Shown: positions 10,183 to 20,000, counted from the stretch's first letter. The stretch is 64,000 bases of DNA from an uncultured Hyphomicrobiales bacterium (GCA_964459765.1 CAYWNY010000003.1:12861-76860); one strand, 5' to 3'. The notes: generated by a model from the sequence alone, not told the origin. Made by a program: numbers and translations.

Positions 10183-10866
10183 CTAAGTCAGCCGCGGCAG
10201 CTCTTCCGGCTCGACGTCTTCCTCGTCTTCCCACTCCGCGACTTCGCGGCCGATGCCGGGATCGATCAATTCGCCGCGCAAAAGCGCCAGCGGCGCCTTG
10301 TGGTAGAGCTTGATGTCGTTGAACGGGTCGGTGAGGATTTTGGTGGCCCACACCAGGCCGGTCTGCACGTCTTTGATGAAGAACAAATGCACGGTGCGGA
10401 ACAGCACGCCGCCAATGCCGATGACGAGCCACATTTCCGCTACCTGGCGGATGAAGTCCATCTTGCCGGCGGCCGGCGTGAAGATGCCCAACAGGGTCGG
10501 ATCGAAAAAGAGCACTGCAGGCGACAGCGCCCAGATCGTCATCAACACCACCTTGCGGCGGAGATTGTAGCCGACCTTGATCTCTTCCTTGTGTTCGTGG
10601 GTGGCGTGATTGACGGTGTCGTAGTCTTTAGGCTCGAAGAAAAAGTGACCGCATTGGCGCGTGGTCATCGACACCAGCCAGCCGGCCAAAGCGGAGATGG
10701 CCGGATCCTTGAAGATCATCAGGTAGGAGAACAAAAAGCTGACCGCGCTGACGAAGTGCAGCGACTGATTGATCCGGCTGTGATGATAATAACGATGATC
10801 GTCCCAGCGTTGAGTACGCAAAGCCAAGAGAAAGCCGCCCATCTGTGTCCCCCGTGCTCCGGTCAT
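10183..10866 (-). CDS. Mpo1-like / DUF962-like integral membrane protein
   Basis: 227-aa polytopic ORF. It carries YYHHSRINQSLHFVS and QCGHFFFEPKDYD motifs, which resemble the His-rich signature of the Mpo1/DUF962 family. An alternative ATG at 10842 has a better GGGGGA RBS. Confidence 0.6.
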   Translation of the reverse strand: MTGARGTQMGGFLLALRTQRWDDHRYYHHSRINQSLHFVSAVSFLFSYLMIFKDPAISALAGWLVSMTTRQCGHFFFEPKDYDTVNHATHEHKEEIKVGYNLRRKVVLMTIWALSPAVLFFDPTLLGIFTPAAGKMDFIRQVAEMWLVIGIGGVLFRTVHLFFIKDVQTGLVWATKILTDPFNDIKLYHKAPLALLRGELIDPGIGREVAEWEDEEDVEPEELPRLT

Positions 10867-10948
10867 CGTTTTTAGATATGGCGATTCGGTGAATCCCCGA
10901 TGACAGACGGGCGACCGCCGTCTGAAAAGAATCGCCGGCGAGCCTTTG

Positions 10949-11662
10949 TCAGGATGCGGCGCGGGCAGCGGGGAAGTCGGGTTCCGACTTACCCGACGGT
11001 GCCACCTGTGCGGCCTCCTTGGCGAAGCGAATCAGCGAAAAATGCCCGAGCGGCGGCATCGATCGGCGCTCGATCAGGCGGATGCCGGAGGTGCGCGCCA
11101 CCCATTTTGCATAGCGCTCGAAGGAGAACTCGGTGCGCCAACCGAGCTTGCGCACGGCCGGCTGGAACCAATGCTCGAGGGTGCGCCGCAGCCCCGCTTC
11201 CGCGCCGACGCGGGTGACGACAATGATCTCACCGCCGGGTTTGAGAACCCGGGCGAATTCGTCGAGCACAGCTTCCGGATTTGGCGCGGTACTGACCACG
11301 TATTGCGCCACCACGACATCGAACGAATTGTCGGGGAAGGTGAGACGTTCGGCGTCCATCACGTAAAGCCCTTCGACATTGCTCAGGTCGAACTCGGTCA
11401 CGCGTTCGTGGGCCTTGCGCAGCATCTGCTCGGAAATGTCGATGCCGGTCAGCCGGCAATTCTTCGAATAATGCGGCAAGGCAATGCCGGTGCCGACGCC
11501 GACTTCGAGGATGCGTCCGCCGATCTTTTCAGCTGCCTCGATCGCGGCATCGCGGCCGCGCTCGAACACCGCACCGAACACAATGTCGTAGACCGGCGCC
11601 CAGCGGTCGTAAGCCTTGGTGACGGTCTGTTTATCGAGGTCTGCATTCGCGAGGCTGGTCAT
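10949..11662 (-). CDS. Class I SAM-dependent methyltransferase (rhizobial PmtA-like phospholipid N-methyltransferase candidate)
   Basis: 237 aa with SAM motif I (ILEVGVGTGI), a post-I acidic residue (GIDIS) and motif II (FDVVVAQYV). Its size and context among lipid genes resemble Sinorhizobium-type PmtA. Confidence 0.7.
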   Translation of the reverse strand: MTSLANADLDKQTVTKAYDRWAPVYDIVFGAVFERGRDAAIEAAEKIGGRILEVGVGTGIALPHYSKNCRLTGIDISEQMLRKAHERVTEFDLSNVEGLYVMDAERLTFPDNSFDVVVAQYVVSTAPNPEAVLDEFARVLKPGGEIIVVTRVGAEAGLRRTLEHWFQPAVRKLGWRTEFSFERYAKWVARTSGIRLIERRSMPPLGHFSLIRFAKEAAQVAPSGKSEPDFPAARAAS

Positions 11663-11726
11663 AGCTCATCCTTTAGTTGCCACCCTTAAACTCCAAACAC
11701 CGAAACTTAGGAGTAAAGTCGATTCC

Positions 11727-12782
11727 TCAGCCCGGTGCCGTTTCGGTAACGGTCATTGCCGTTTCGATTTCGCGCGCGCCGCCGGTCGCCACCTTGCGCA
11801 CATGGCCGATGAACTGCCGCGCGCTGTTTTCCCAGGAATAGTCGAGCGCGAATTCACGGCAGGCCTCTCGAGACAGCTTGAGCGCCTCAAGACAGGCGCG
11901 GCGCAGGTCTTCGTCCAAGAAGCCGACCGGCCGGTCGCCGACCACGTCTTTCGGACCGGTGACGGGAAAAGCAGCGACCGGCACGCCGCTCGCCAACGCC
12001 TCGAGCTGCACGATGCCGAAGGTATCGGTCCGGCTGGGGAAGACGAATACATCCGCAGCAGCCAAATGCGCAGCCAGCGTGCCGTTCTCCAGCGGTCCGA
12101 GAAATTTCGCGTCGGGAAAGTCGCGGCGAAGCTTCGCTTCTTGAGGACCCGTGCCAACCACGACCTTGGTGCCGGGAAGATCGAGCGACAAGAACGCTTC
12201 CAGATTCTTCTCCACGGCGACGCGACCGACGGTCATGAAGATCGGCCGCGGCAAGCCGATATCGATGGCGCGATCGGGGCGGAACAGGTCGATGTCGACG
12301 CCGCGCGTCCACATGCCCAGATGGCCGAAGCCGCGTTCGGTCAGCTCGTTGGTCAGTGAGGGCGTTGCCACCATGGTGACGGTGGCGCCGGCGTGAAACC
12401 AGCGCAGTACCGCATAGATCCAGCTCTCCGGCAGCGGCGAGCGCGCCGAAATGTATTCGGGAAAGCGCGTGGTGTAGCTCGTGGTGAACGGTCGGCCGTT
12501 GCGGCGGCAGTAGGCGCGCACGGCAAACCCGATCGGCCCCTCGGTCGCCAGATGAATAGCATCCGGGTTGGCCGCCTCGATGCGCTCGGCGATTCCCCTT
12601 CGATTGGGGATGGCAAGGCGCAAGCCCGGATAGGTCGGCAGCTGAAAAGACGGAAATCCGTCGGGCGATAGAAACTCAACCGTCACCCCGAGTTTGCTTG
12701 ACGCCCGGGCCAGCGAGCCTAGCGTCCTTACGACCCCATTCACCTGCGGATGCCACGCATCGGTGGCGACAAGAACCTTCAT
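11727..12782 (-). CDS. GT4-family glycosyltransferase (SQD2 / glycosyl-diacylglycerol synthase-like)
   Basis: The sequence MKVLVATDAWHPQVNGVV...FVFPSRTDTFGIVQLEALASGVPV includes the E-x7-E region of GT4 retaining transferases. The ATG is at 12782 (TTG at 12797). Confidence 0.85.
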   Translation of the reverse strand: MKVLVATDAWHPQVNGVVRTLGSLARASSKLGVTVEFLSPDGFPSFQLPTYPGLRLAIPNRRGIAERIEAANPDAIHLATEGPIGFAVRAYCRRNGRPFTTSYTTRFPEYISARSPLPESWIYAVLRWFHAGATVTMVATPSLTNELTERGFGHLGMWTRGVDIDLFRPDRAIDIGLPRPIFMTVGRVAVEKNLEAFLSLDLPGTKVVVGTGPQEAKLRRDFPDAKFLGPLENGTLAAHLAAADVFVFPSRTDTFGIVQLEALASGVPVAAFPVTGPKDVVGDRPVGFLDEDLRRACLEALKLSREACREFALDYSWENSARQFIGHVRKVATGGAREIETAMTVTETAPG

Positions 12783-12931
12783 CGGGTGTGCGGCCAAAGG
12801 CCGCCCCTCGCTAATGTCGAATCGAGTGCGGCAACATTTACCGTTTCATATCTCAATCGTGTGACGGTGACGCGGCAGCGCCGTCCGGATAGCGTCGGCT
12901 CGTAACAATACTGTTACAGTTCGATGAGAGT

Positions 12932-14023
12932 TTGCCGCACGAATCGCGCGAGGACGGCTTTGTTGACGTTCGTTACCTCGCGCCGCACCGGGACGTGACC
13001 AGCAATACCGCGCAAAAGATCGTCTCCAGGCTTGGTCACGGCGCGATAAGTGCTGCGATCAGCCTGGTGTTCCTCGCCGTCGCCGGTTTCATTCTTTATA
13101 AATTGCTGCACGACGCCGACTTCGCCAAAGTCGTAACAGCGATCAAAGCGGAATCGCTGAAGCGGATCGCCCTCGCCAGCGTGTTCGTGGTGGTCGGTTA
13201 CATCACGCTGACGTTCTACGATCTGTTCGCGTTGCGCATCATCGGCGCCAGCAAGGTGCCGTACTCGGTCGCGGCACTGGCGAGCTTCACGAGTTCGACG
13301 ATCGGCCACAGTCTCGGCGCGGCCGTGTTGACGGGCGGACTTATCCGACTGCGCATCTATTCGAGCTGGGGCCTGACCGTGCTCGACGTTGCCAAAATCG
13401 CGTTCGTCACCGGCATGACCTTTTGGCTCGGCAATGCGTTCATGCTCGGCAGCGCCACGGCGTTCCTACCGGCGGCAGCTTCTGCCGTCGATCACCTGCC
13501 GCTATGGATCAACCGGGCATTTGGGCTCGCCGGCTTGGCGGCCATCGGCTGCTATTTGTTATGGCTTGCGCCGCGGCCACGCATGGTCGGCCGCGCCGAC
13601 TGGCAGATCGTGCTGCCCAACCTGCGCTCCACGGTATTGCAGATCGGCATCGGCGCGCTGGATCTGACGTTCATAACGACGGCAATGTACATCTTGCTAC
13701 CGCCCGATCCGCCGCTCGGTTTTGTGATGATGATGGTCCCCTTCCTCGCCGCCACATTTCTCGGCACCATCAGCCATACGCCCGGCGGGCTGGGCGTGAT
13801 CGAAGCGACAATGCTGCTGGGGCTCGGCGAATTCCCGCGCGAAGAGCTGTTGGCGTCGCTGCTGACGTTCCGCGCGGTCTACTTCGTGCTGCCCCTCATT
13901 TTGGCCACGTTGTCGCTGGGTTTGCGGGAACTTCGGCTCCTCGTGCGCCCGGCGACCGAGGATTCCGGGACAAACGCGCGCGAGACCGACCGCCAACTTG
14001 TAAGGCCACCACCCCCACGTTAA
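12932..14023 (+). CDS. Lysylphosphatidylglycerol-synthase transmembrane-domain (UPF0104/MprF flippase-like) protein
   Basis: 363 aa with about 8 TM helices and the C-terminal motif HTPGGLGVIEA typical of UPF0104. The start is uncertain (TTG 12932; possible GTG near 12995). It is divergent from the GT4 gene. Confidence 0.8.
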   Translation: MPHESREDGFVDVRYLAPHRDVTSNTAQKIVSRLGHGAISAAISLVFLAVAGFILYKLLHDADFAKVVTAIKAESLKRIALASVFVVVGYITLTFYDLFALRIIGASKVPYSVAALASFTSSTIGHSLGAAVLTGGLIRLRIYSSWGLTVLDVAKIAFVTGMTFWLGNAFMLGSATAFLPAAASAVDHLPLWINRAFGLAGLAAIGCYLLWLAPRPRMVGRADWQIVLPNLRSTVLQIGIGALDLTFITTAMYILLPPDPPLGFVMMMVPFLAATFLGTISHTPGGLGVIEATMLLGLGEFPREELLASLLTFRAVYFVLPLILATLSLGLRELRLLVRPATEDSGTNARETDRQLVRPPPPR

Positions 14024-14027
14024 TGTT

Positions 14028-15524
14028 TTGCCACGCAAATTGGGGTGGGTTGTGGCGCGTGGCGTGATCGGTTCCGGGACTCGAAAGCGGTCGCAATCGT
14101 CGCCGTTTGAACGGGTTCTAAGCAAGCTCGCGGCACTCTTTGCGGCCGCGATGCTGTTGGCGTTGGCGCACCCGGGCGAACTCGCTGCCGAGACGCTCGA
14201 AGCGGCGCTGGCACGCGCTTACCAGGGCAACCCGCAGCTCAATGCCCAACGTGCTATCGTTCGCCAGAACGACGAAGGCGTGCCGCAGGCGCTCTCCGGC
14301 TATCGGCCGACGCTTTCCGCGACTGCATCGGTCAGCGAGCAATTCACCAACACGACCGGGGTCATTCCACCCATACCGCCGGCCTTGCCGAACGGGGTAT
14401 CCTACTCGGTCAAAGGTTACACCAAGCCGTATGCGGTCGGCTTCAACGGCGCGCAAACCTTGTTCAACGGCGGGCAAAACGCCAACAAGGTGCGCAAGGC
14501 CGAGAGCCAGGTTTCGGCGGCGCGCGAGACACTGAGGCTGATGGAGCAATTGTTGTTGCTGTCGGCGGCGACCGTTTACATGGACGTGTCGCGCGACAGC
14601 GCAAATCTCGGAGTTCAACAGAATAATATTCGCGTTCTGGAGCGCACCCTCAAAGATACCAAAAATCGCTTCGAAGCCGGCCAAGTCACAACCACCGACG
14701 TCGCGCAGGCAGAGGCGCAGCTGGCGGCCGGCCAAGCCAGCCTGTATGCCGCACAATCGACGCTGATGACCACGCGCGCCAACTACCGGCGCATTATCGG
14801 AGTAGAACCGTCCAATCTCGCACCCGCTTCCCCGGTGGATCGACTGATCCCGACCGTACTCAATGCCGCAATCGCCGTCGGCGCCGCGGAGAATCCGTCG
14901 ATCACCGCGGCATTATACGGAGTCGACGTCGCGCAATTGCAGGTGAAGATCGCCGAAGGCGCGCTGTGGCCGACGCTGGCGCTGCAAGGCAGCGTCCAGC
15001 AACAGGTTTATTCGAACATTCTAACTCCCAATCTGTTCCTCGGAACGGTCGGACTCAATCTGTCGGTTCCGCTTTATCAGGGCGGCGCGGAATATTCCGC
15101 CATCCGTCTCGACAAGGAAACCGTGGGACAGCAGCGACTCAATGCCGATCAAGTCCGCGACCAAAACCGCGCCGATATCGTTCAATCCTGGGGCCAGCTG
15201 CAAGCTGCCAAGGCGCAGATCGAGGCGGCCATCCGGCAGAACGACGCCGCCGAGCGGTCGCTGGAAGGCGTGCGCAACGAGGCGCAGGCCGGGCAGCGCA
15301 CCACGCTGGACGTGCTCAACGCCGAACAGGCGCTGGTCAATGCGCGCGTCGCCCTGATCGTCGCACAGCATGATCGGGTGGTTGCCTCCTACGCCTTGTT
15401 GTCGGCCGTCGGACGCCTGTCGGCGCAGGAGCTGCATCTGCCGGTCACCATCTACGATCCGATGGTGCATTATCAGCAGGTGCGCGACGCCTGGTTCGGC
15501 GTCCGCACTCCGGGCGGTCGTTAG
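14028..15524 (+). CDS. TolC-family outer-membrane efflux protein
   Basis: 498 aa. A signal-like segment (LAALFAAAMLLALAHPGELAAE) is followed by LEAALARAYQGNPQLNAQR and duplicated OEP repeats. The start codon is uncertain (TTG 14028 or GTG near 14064). Confidence 0.88.
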   Translation: MPRKLGWVVARGVIGSGTRKRSQSSPFERVLSKLAALFAAAMLLALAHPGELAAETLEAALARAYQGNPQLNAQRAIVRQNDEGVPQALSGYRPTLSATASVSEQFTNTTGVIPPIPPALPNGVSYSVKGYTKPYAVGFNGAQTLFNGGQNANKVRKAESQVSAARETLRLMEQLLLLSAATVYMDVSRDSANLGVQQNNIRVLERTLKDTKNRFEAGQVTTTDVAQAEAQLAAGQASLYAAQSTLMTTRANYRRIIGVEPSNLAPASPVDRLIPTVLNAAIAVGAAENPSITAALYGVDVAQLQVKIAEGALWPTLALQGSVQQQVYSNILTPNLFLGTVGLNLSVPLYQGGAEYSAIRLDKETVGQQRLNADQVRDQNRADIVQSWGQLQAAKAQIEAAIRQNDAAERSLEGVRNEAQAGQRTTLDVLNAEQALVNARVALIVAQHDRVVASYALLSAVGRLSAQELHLPVTIYDPMVHYQQVRDAWFGVRTPGGR

Positions 15525-15526
15525 TG

Positions 15527-15598
15527 CCTGATCCGAAAAAAGCCTGGCCTCGGACTTGATCCGAGGGTGGAAGGCCGGTTTTCCGAAAGACTCGACTC
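15527..15598. repeat. Degenerate copy of hairpin A of the palindromic element, with an inserted small hairpin
   Basis: In GCCTGATCCGAAAAAAGCC...CCTCGGACTTGATCCGAGGG...CCGGTTTTCCGAAAGAC, the arms GATCCGAAAA and TTTTCCGAAA resemble copies 1 and 2. It lies immediately after the TolC stop. Confidence 0.4.
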
Positions 15599-15645
15599 CC
15601 GATAGCAAACAAAAGGCCGCGTCGACCGCCGCCGTCGCCCGCCCG

Positions 15646-15659
15646 TTGATCCAAATCAA
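15646..15659. promoter_or_regulatory. Perfect FixK/FNR-type box TTGATCCAAATCAA
   Basis: This is an exact TTGAT-N4-ATCAA palindrome 35 nt upstream of ATG 15694, which heads the small protein and cytochrome c gene pair. Confidence 0.75.
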
Positions 15660-15693
15660 GGTGTCAGCGGCGAAGGCGTGGCACAGATTCGTC

Positions 15694-15888
15694 ATGCCGT
15701 GGAAAGAGATCAAAAGCGCGCCGCCCGATTGCGACCTCGAATTGGCGGTCATCGACCGCGAGGGTACGCATGCGCTTATTTTCGCCTGCCGCCGCCAAGG
15801 CGGGGTGTGGATCAGCGCCAAGACCCATAGGCCGATCGACGTTAGCCCGACACACTGGCGAGAATGGACTGACGGCGCCAGCCTGTGA
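15694..15888 (+). CDS. Small hypothetical protein (64 aa)
   Basis: Internal ATG of track ORF 15556..15888. The product MPWKEIKSAPPDCDLELAVIDREG...PTHWREW lies downstream of a FixK box. I cannot assign a family. Confidence 0.5.
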   Translation: MPWKEIKSAPPDCDLELAVIDREGTHALIFACRRQGGVWISAKTHRPIDVSPTHWREWTDGASL

Positions 15889-15966
15889 CGGGTTGCGGTG
15901 TGGCGGCACCTACCTTAACAAACGGTGGCGATTTTTAATGTTCAGTGTTTCCGACGCCTCGAGCCG

Positions 15967-16308
15967 ATGTGCAAAATCCCGATTGCCTTGCTGTCGTTCG
16001 CGGGTTTGCTTGCCGCGACAGCGACCGCCCCCGCCGAGGAGAGCGCGTTTAGCCCTCTTGCGCTTCACGGCCGCGCGCTAGCCGCAAGGATGTGCGCGCC
16101 GTGTCATGCCATCGGCCGCAGCGGCCCCAGTCCGCACGCCGGCGCGCCGGCGTTCCGCACGCTGAACAGCCGCGCGGACCTCGATACCTTTACCAATCGG
16201 CTGCGCGAGGGCTTGACCAGCGGCCACCCCGACATGCCGACTTTCCGCTTCAGCCCTGACGATGCCCGCGCGCTGACCGCGTACCTGCGCGCGATCCAGG
16301 GGCCTTGA
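15967..16308 (+). CDS. Class I c-type cytochrome (monohaem)
   Basis: It has a signal peptide (MCKIPIALLSFAGLLAATATAPA), the haem-binding motif CAPCH and a distal Met in the DMPTF context. The product is 113 aa. Confidence 0.85.
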   Translation: MCKIPIALLSFAGLLAATATAPAEESAFSPLALHGRALAARMCAPCHAIGRSGPSPHAGAPAFRTLNSRADLDTFTNRLREGLTSGHPDMPTFRFSPDDARALTAYLRAIQGP

Positions 16309-16355
16309 GGTCGCCGGTCGTCGAGCCGCCGGACGGGCGGTTGATCGACATCGGG

Positions 16356-16750
16356 TCAGGCGCCGTGCGGCCGGCACGCCTCGCGGATCTTATCCACCAA
16401 GGCGTTGTTGAACAACGGCATCTCGACGACTGGAACCTCGGCCAAGGCGGCGCGCATTGACACCGCTGGATTGTGCTTACTGAGGAGAAGGATCGCCGGA
16501 GTGCGCACATGCCGCTCGCGCAGCCTGGCGATCAATTCCATGCCGTTCATGTCGGGCATTCTTTGATCGACGACCAAGCAGTCGCCGTCCTCAAGCTTGC
16601 CGTCAGCGAACACCTCGGCAGCACCGCCATAGATCCGCACCGCAAAGCCCTCGAGTTCCAGGGAGAATTTCAAGGACAGAAAGCCGCGTCATCGTCGACG
16701 ACGACCACCAATAGCTTTTTCGCCTCTCCCGCTTGGCGCTGTGTTGTCAT
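16356..16750 (-). pseudogene. Single-domain response regulator (FixT-like position downstream of fixLJ), interrupted by one frameshift
   Basis: The ATG at 16750 gives MTTQRQAGEAKKLLVVVVDDDAAF, which stops at 16670-16672. The receiver continues in the -1 frame (track ORF 16356..16673: KFSLELEGFAV...LVVDQRMPDMNG...). The total length of 395 nt is 3n-1, and the break is at a GG/GGG run near 16684. Confidence 0.75.
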
Positions 16751-16809
16751 TGATCCGAAATAACCCCGTTTTTACAGTGCTAATTTTATGTGCGCCCGGC
16801 GAAGCCGCT

Positions 16810-16823
16810 TTGATGTGGCTCAA
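16810..16823. promoter_or_regulatory. Near-consensus FixK box TTGATGTGGCTCAA
   Basis: The TTGA-N6-TCAA core is intact. It lies 60-73 nt upstream of the receiver ATG at 16750 (minus strand). Confidence 0.55.
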
Positions 16824-16939
16824 TTCCGCGCCGCCGTAAAATCCGCCGCCGCAGTGCCGGCACACAAGGAGTGAAGACGTCAGATGAAACTGTTGTTGAG
16901 CTAGATCATTCGCCGAATTGTCACAAACGGCAGGTCGCC

Positions 16940-17563
16940 TCAATCGGAGCCGACCATGCGGGCGACGAGCGCCATGCGCACAAGATCCGACAGGCTGCCC
17001 GCCTGCATCTTGTTCATGAGATTGGCGCGATAAATCTCGACGGTACGCGGGCTGATGCCGAGATCGTCGGCGATCTGCTTGTTCGCCCTTCCCGCCACCA
17101 GCCCCACCAACACGTCGCGCTCGCGGTTCGAGAGCGCCGCCAGCCGGCTTTCGATATCGGCGCGCTCGGCCAACTTCTTGGCCTCGTGATCGTGCTGCTT
17201 GAGCGCCGAACGCACGCTCGCCAGCAAGACTTCGTCGTCGAACGGTTTTTCCAGAAAATCGACCGCACCGATCTTCATGGCCTCGACCGCCAGCGGCACA
17301 TCGCCGTGACCGGTAATCACGATCACCGGCACCTCAATCTTCAATTCCCGCAAACGCCGTAGCAGATCGAGCCCGCTCAAGCCGGGCATGCGCATGTCGC
17401 TGATCACGCAGCTCAAACCTTTGACCGGAAGCTTATCGAGAAAGGCGCCGGCCGAAGAGTAGCTTTCCACATCGAGCTGCACGGTGCGTAACAGGAAGAT
17501 CAGCGATTCGCGCAATGCTTCGTCATCGTCGATGACGTGCACGATTCCCCTGTCAACCGACAT
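16940..17563 (-). CDS. fixJ: Response regulator FixJ (receiver + LuxR/FixJ HTH)
   Basis: The sequence runs [21 protein letters not shown]...[13 protein letters not shown]...[36 protein letters not shown]. The start at 17563 overlaps the fixL stop by 11 nt. The longer track ORF N-terminus is out-of-frame fixL sequence. Confidence 0.93.
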   Translation of the reverse strand: MSVDRGIVHVIDDDEALRESLIFLLRTVQLDVESYSSAGAFLDKLPVKGLSCVISDMRMPGLSGLDLLRRLRELKIEVPVIVITGHGDVPLAVEAMKIGAVDFLEKPFDDEVLLASVRSALKQHDHEAKKLAERADIESRLAALSNRERDVLVGLVAGRANKQIADDLGISPRTVEIYRANLMNKMQAGSLSDLVRMALVARMVGSD

Positions 17564-19073
17564 CGCCGACCTCCTCCTTGCTGACTGTCGGCAAGGTGAA
17601 GCTGAACACGGTCCCTCCGCCCGGATTGGATCGCGCGGCGATGGCGCCGCCATGCGCCTCGACGATGGTGCGCGAAATCGACAGTCCGACCCCCATGCCC
17701 TGGCGCTTGGTGGTGATGAATGGCTGGAATAGCTGGTCGCTGACCTCTGGCGCAATGCCGGTGCCGGTATCGCTGACGCTGATCTCGGTCATGTCGTCAG
17801 CGGCGAGCGCGGTGGCGACGATCAGGTCCCGTCGATCGCAACTTTCCATCGCCTCGATGCCGTTGCGGATCAGATTGAGAATGACCTGCTGAACCTGCAC
17901 TTTGTCGGCCAGCACGAAACCGGTGCCCGGATCGAAATCGAAGCGCACGCGCACGCCCTTGTCCTTGGCGCCGACCAAGGCCAGTGCGCTCGCTTCCTCC
18001 ACGAGCTTGCGCACGTCTTCGACTCGACGTTCGCTTTCGCCGCGCGCAACGAAGTCGCGCAAGCGCCGGATCACTTGCCCGGCGCGCAGCGCCTGCTCGG
18101 CCGCCTTGTCCATGGCCTCGCGCAAAATCCCCGCGCGTTCGTCGGAACTGTCCTCAAGCAGCCGCCGCGATCCCTTCATGTAATTGGCAATCGCCGACAA
18201 TGGCTGATTGAGTTCGTGCGCCAGCGCCGAGGCCATTTCGCCCATCGCGGTCAGCCGCGAGACGTGAACGAGCTCCGACTGCAATTCCTGCAGGCGCGCC
18301 TCGGTCTTCTGGCTCTCGGTCAAGTCGCGGATGAAGCCGGTGAAGAAGCGTCTATGGCCGGTCTTGACCTCGCCGACGCTTAATTCGAGCGGAAAGGTCG
18401 AGCCGTCCCTGCGTTCACCCACGACTATGCGGCCGATGCCGATGATGCGCCGCTCGCCGGTCATTTTGTAGCGCTGCAGATAACTATCATGGTCGTTGCG
18501 ATAGGACGACGGCATGAGCACCTTGACGTTTTGTCCCAAAACCTCGGCCGCCGTATATCCGAACAGCCGCTCGGCGGCCGCGCTGAACGATTGCATGGCG
18601 CCGCGCTCGTCCATGACGATCATGGCATCTGGAACAGTATCGAGGATCGATTTGACATGAGCTTCGCCGGCGATGGCGGCGTCGGCACACGTCGACGCCG
18701 CAATCCGCGAGCGGCGCAACAGGTCGCCCCGCCAAGACGCGCCCAGGCCGACCAGAACAAAAACGAACGCATTGACGATGTCGGCGTTCGTCAGCGCACG
18801 GTGGCTGTAGATCAGAAACTGTCCCGATATCAAGCCGAGAGCGGTCGCCAGAACGCCTGGACCCCAGCCGCCGAATGCCGAACCGATAAGGATGGCCGGG
18901 AAAAAGAAAAGATACGAAGCCTGCCCCTCAAGCTCGCTCCACAGCGCCACGCGGAGGAGAAGACCTGCGCCGATCGCGCCAACGGTAAGGCCGTAGCGCT
19001 CGACAATTCGCCGTGCAGCGGAGGAGCTTGGCGCCGGCTGGGCGGAGTGCAAATGCGGAGCTGCCTCTACCAT
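17553..19073 (-). CDS. fixL: Oxygen-sensor histidine kinase FixL (haem-PAS)
   Basis: 506 aa with N-terminal TM helices. The PAS domain carries the FixL haem pocket signature [50 protein letters not shown]. The H-box is HELNQPL, followed by an HATPase domain. Confidence 0.93.
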   Translation of the reverse strand: MVEAAPHLHSAQPAPSSSAARRIVERYGLTVGAIGAGLLLRVALWSELEGQASYLFFFPAILIGSAFGGWGPGVLATALGLISGQFLIYSHRALTNADIVNAFVFVLVGLGASWRGDLLRRSRIAASTCADAAIAGEAHVKSILDTVPDAMIVMDERGAMQSFSAAAERLFGYTAAEVLGQNVKVLMPSSYRNDHDSYLQRYKMTGERRIIGIGRIVVGERRDGSTFPLELSVGEVKTGHRRFFTGFIRDLTESQKTEARLQELQSELVHVSRLTAMGEMASALAHELNQPLSAIANYMKGSRRLLEDSSDERAGILREAMDKAAEQALRAGQVIRRLRDFVARGESERRVEDVRKLVEEASALALVGAKDKGVRVRFDFDPGTGFVLADKVQVQQVILNLIRNGIEAMESCDRRDLIVATALAADDMTEISVSDTGTGIAPEVSDQLFQPFITTKRQGMGVGLSISRTIVEAHGGAIAARSNPGGGTVFSFTLPTVSKEEVGDVG

Positions 19074-19232
19074 CGAAACTGGCGGTGATCGCCACCTACT
19101 GACGTTTTTCGTCCGCCGGAGGATCGCATCGGAGGCGGACCTAAGGATTACCCCTTAGGGTGATTATCTGAATTTTTCACTTGTCGCCCGCTCGTTACCA
19201 ATACCTCCCGAAGCTCCCGGAGGTAAAGAGCC

Positions 19233-19943
19233 ATGCACCCCCAATACGCAATCCGCACCACACTCCGTACCGACGCAATGCGCAGCCCCGTCGCCGTGAA
19301 TTCAGTTCCCTTGAGCGGCGTAGCAGGCGACCGCGAACCGCTTGCCCAGTCCATGCAGCTGATGGGCGCCGCCATGTCATATCCGCGTAACACCGAAATT
19401 TTCGGCGAAAACGAGCTCGCCGACTACGTCTACAAGGTCGTCAGCGGCAGCGTACGAACCTACAAAATCCTCAGTGACGGCCGCCGTCAGATCGGCGGGT
19501 TCTATCTGCCGGGCGACATTTTCGGCATGCAACTTGCCGACGAGCACGCCTTTTCTGCCGAGGCAATCACCGACACCAAGGTTCTGGTGGTCAAGCGCAG
19601 TGCGTTGACGGCCCTTGCCGGACGCGATGCCGCCGTTGGCCGCGAACTGTTCAACCTCACCAGCCGCGAATTGCGCCGCATGCAGGACCGCATTCTGCTT
19701 CTGATCAAGAGCGCGCAGGAACGCGTGGCAAGCTTCCTCCTGGAAATGGCGGAACGAGCTTGTGCCGGTAATACTGTGGAATTGCCGATGTCGCGTCAGG
19801 ATATTGCGGATTATCTCGGCCTAACCATCGAGACGGTTTCCCGGACGCTAACCGGATTGGAAGGCACGGCCGCCATCGAGGTGCTGACGTCGCGTCGCAT
19901 CGCGTTGCGCAATCGCGCCGCGCTAAGCCGTCTGAACAGCTAA
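19233..19943 (+). CDS. fixK: Crp/Fnr-family transcription factor FixK
   Basis: It has a cNMP-like beta-barrel (YVYKVVSGSVRTYKILSDGRRQIGGFYLPGDIFG) and the HTH SRQDIADYLGLTIETVSRTL, with no N-terminal Cys cluster. It is divergent from fixLJ. The true start may be an internal Met. Confidence 0.88.
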   Translation: MHPQYAIRTTLRTDAMRSPVAVNSVPLSGVAGDREPLAQSMQLMGAAMSYPRNTEIFGENELADYVYKVVSGSVRTYKILSDGRRQIGGFYLPGDIFGMQLADEHAFSAEAITDTKVLVVKRSALTALAGRDAAVGRELFNLTSRELRRMQDRILLLIKSAQERVASFLLEMAERACAGNTVELPMSRQDIADYLGLTIETVSRTLTGLEGTAAIEVLTSRRIALRNRAALSRLNS

Positions 19944-20000
19944 AGAGCCGCATCCGCAATCGAACCGGGCGTCGAGCCAGAGGGCCTAAGAGGATCGATC

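Noticed and set aside
19140-19159. An inverted repeat CCTAAGG-ATTACC-CCTTAGG between fixL and fixK, considered as a possible FixJ binding site.
   Set aside because: I do not reliably remember a FixJ consensus for this lineage. A 7-bp arm palindrome alone is weak evidence.
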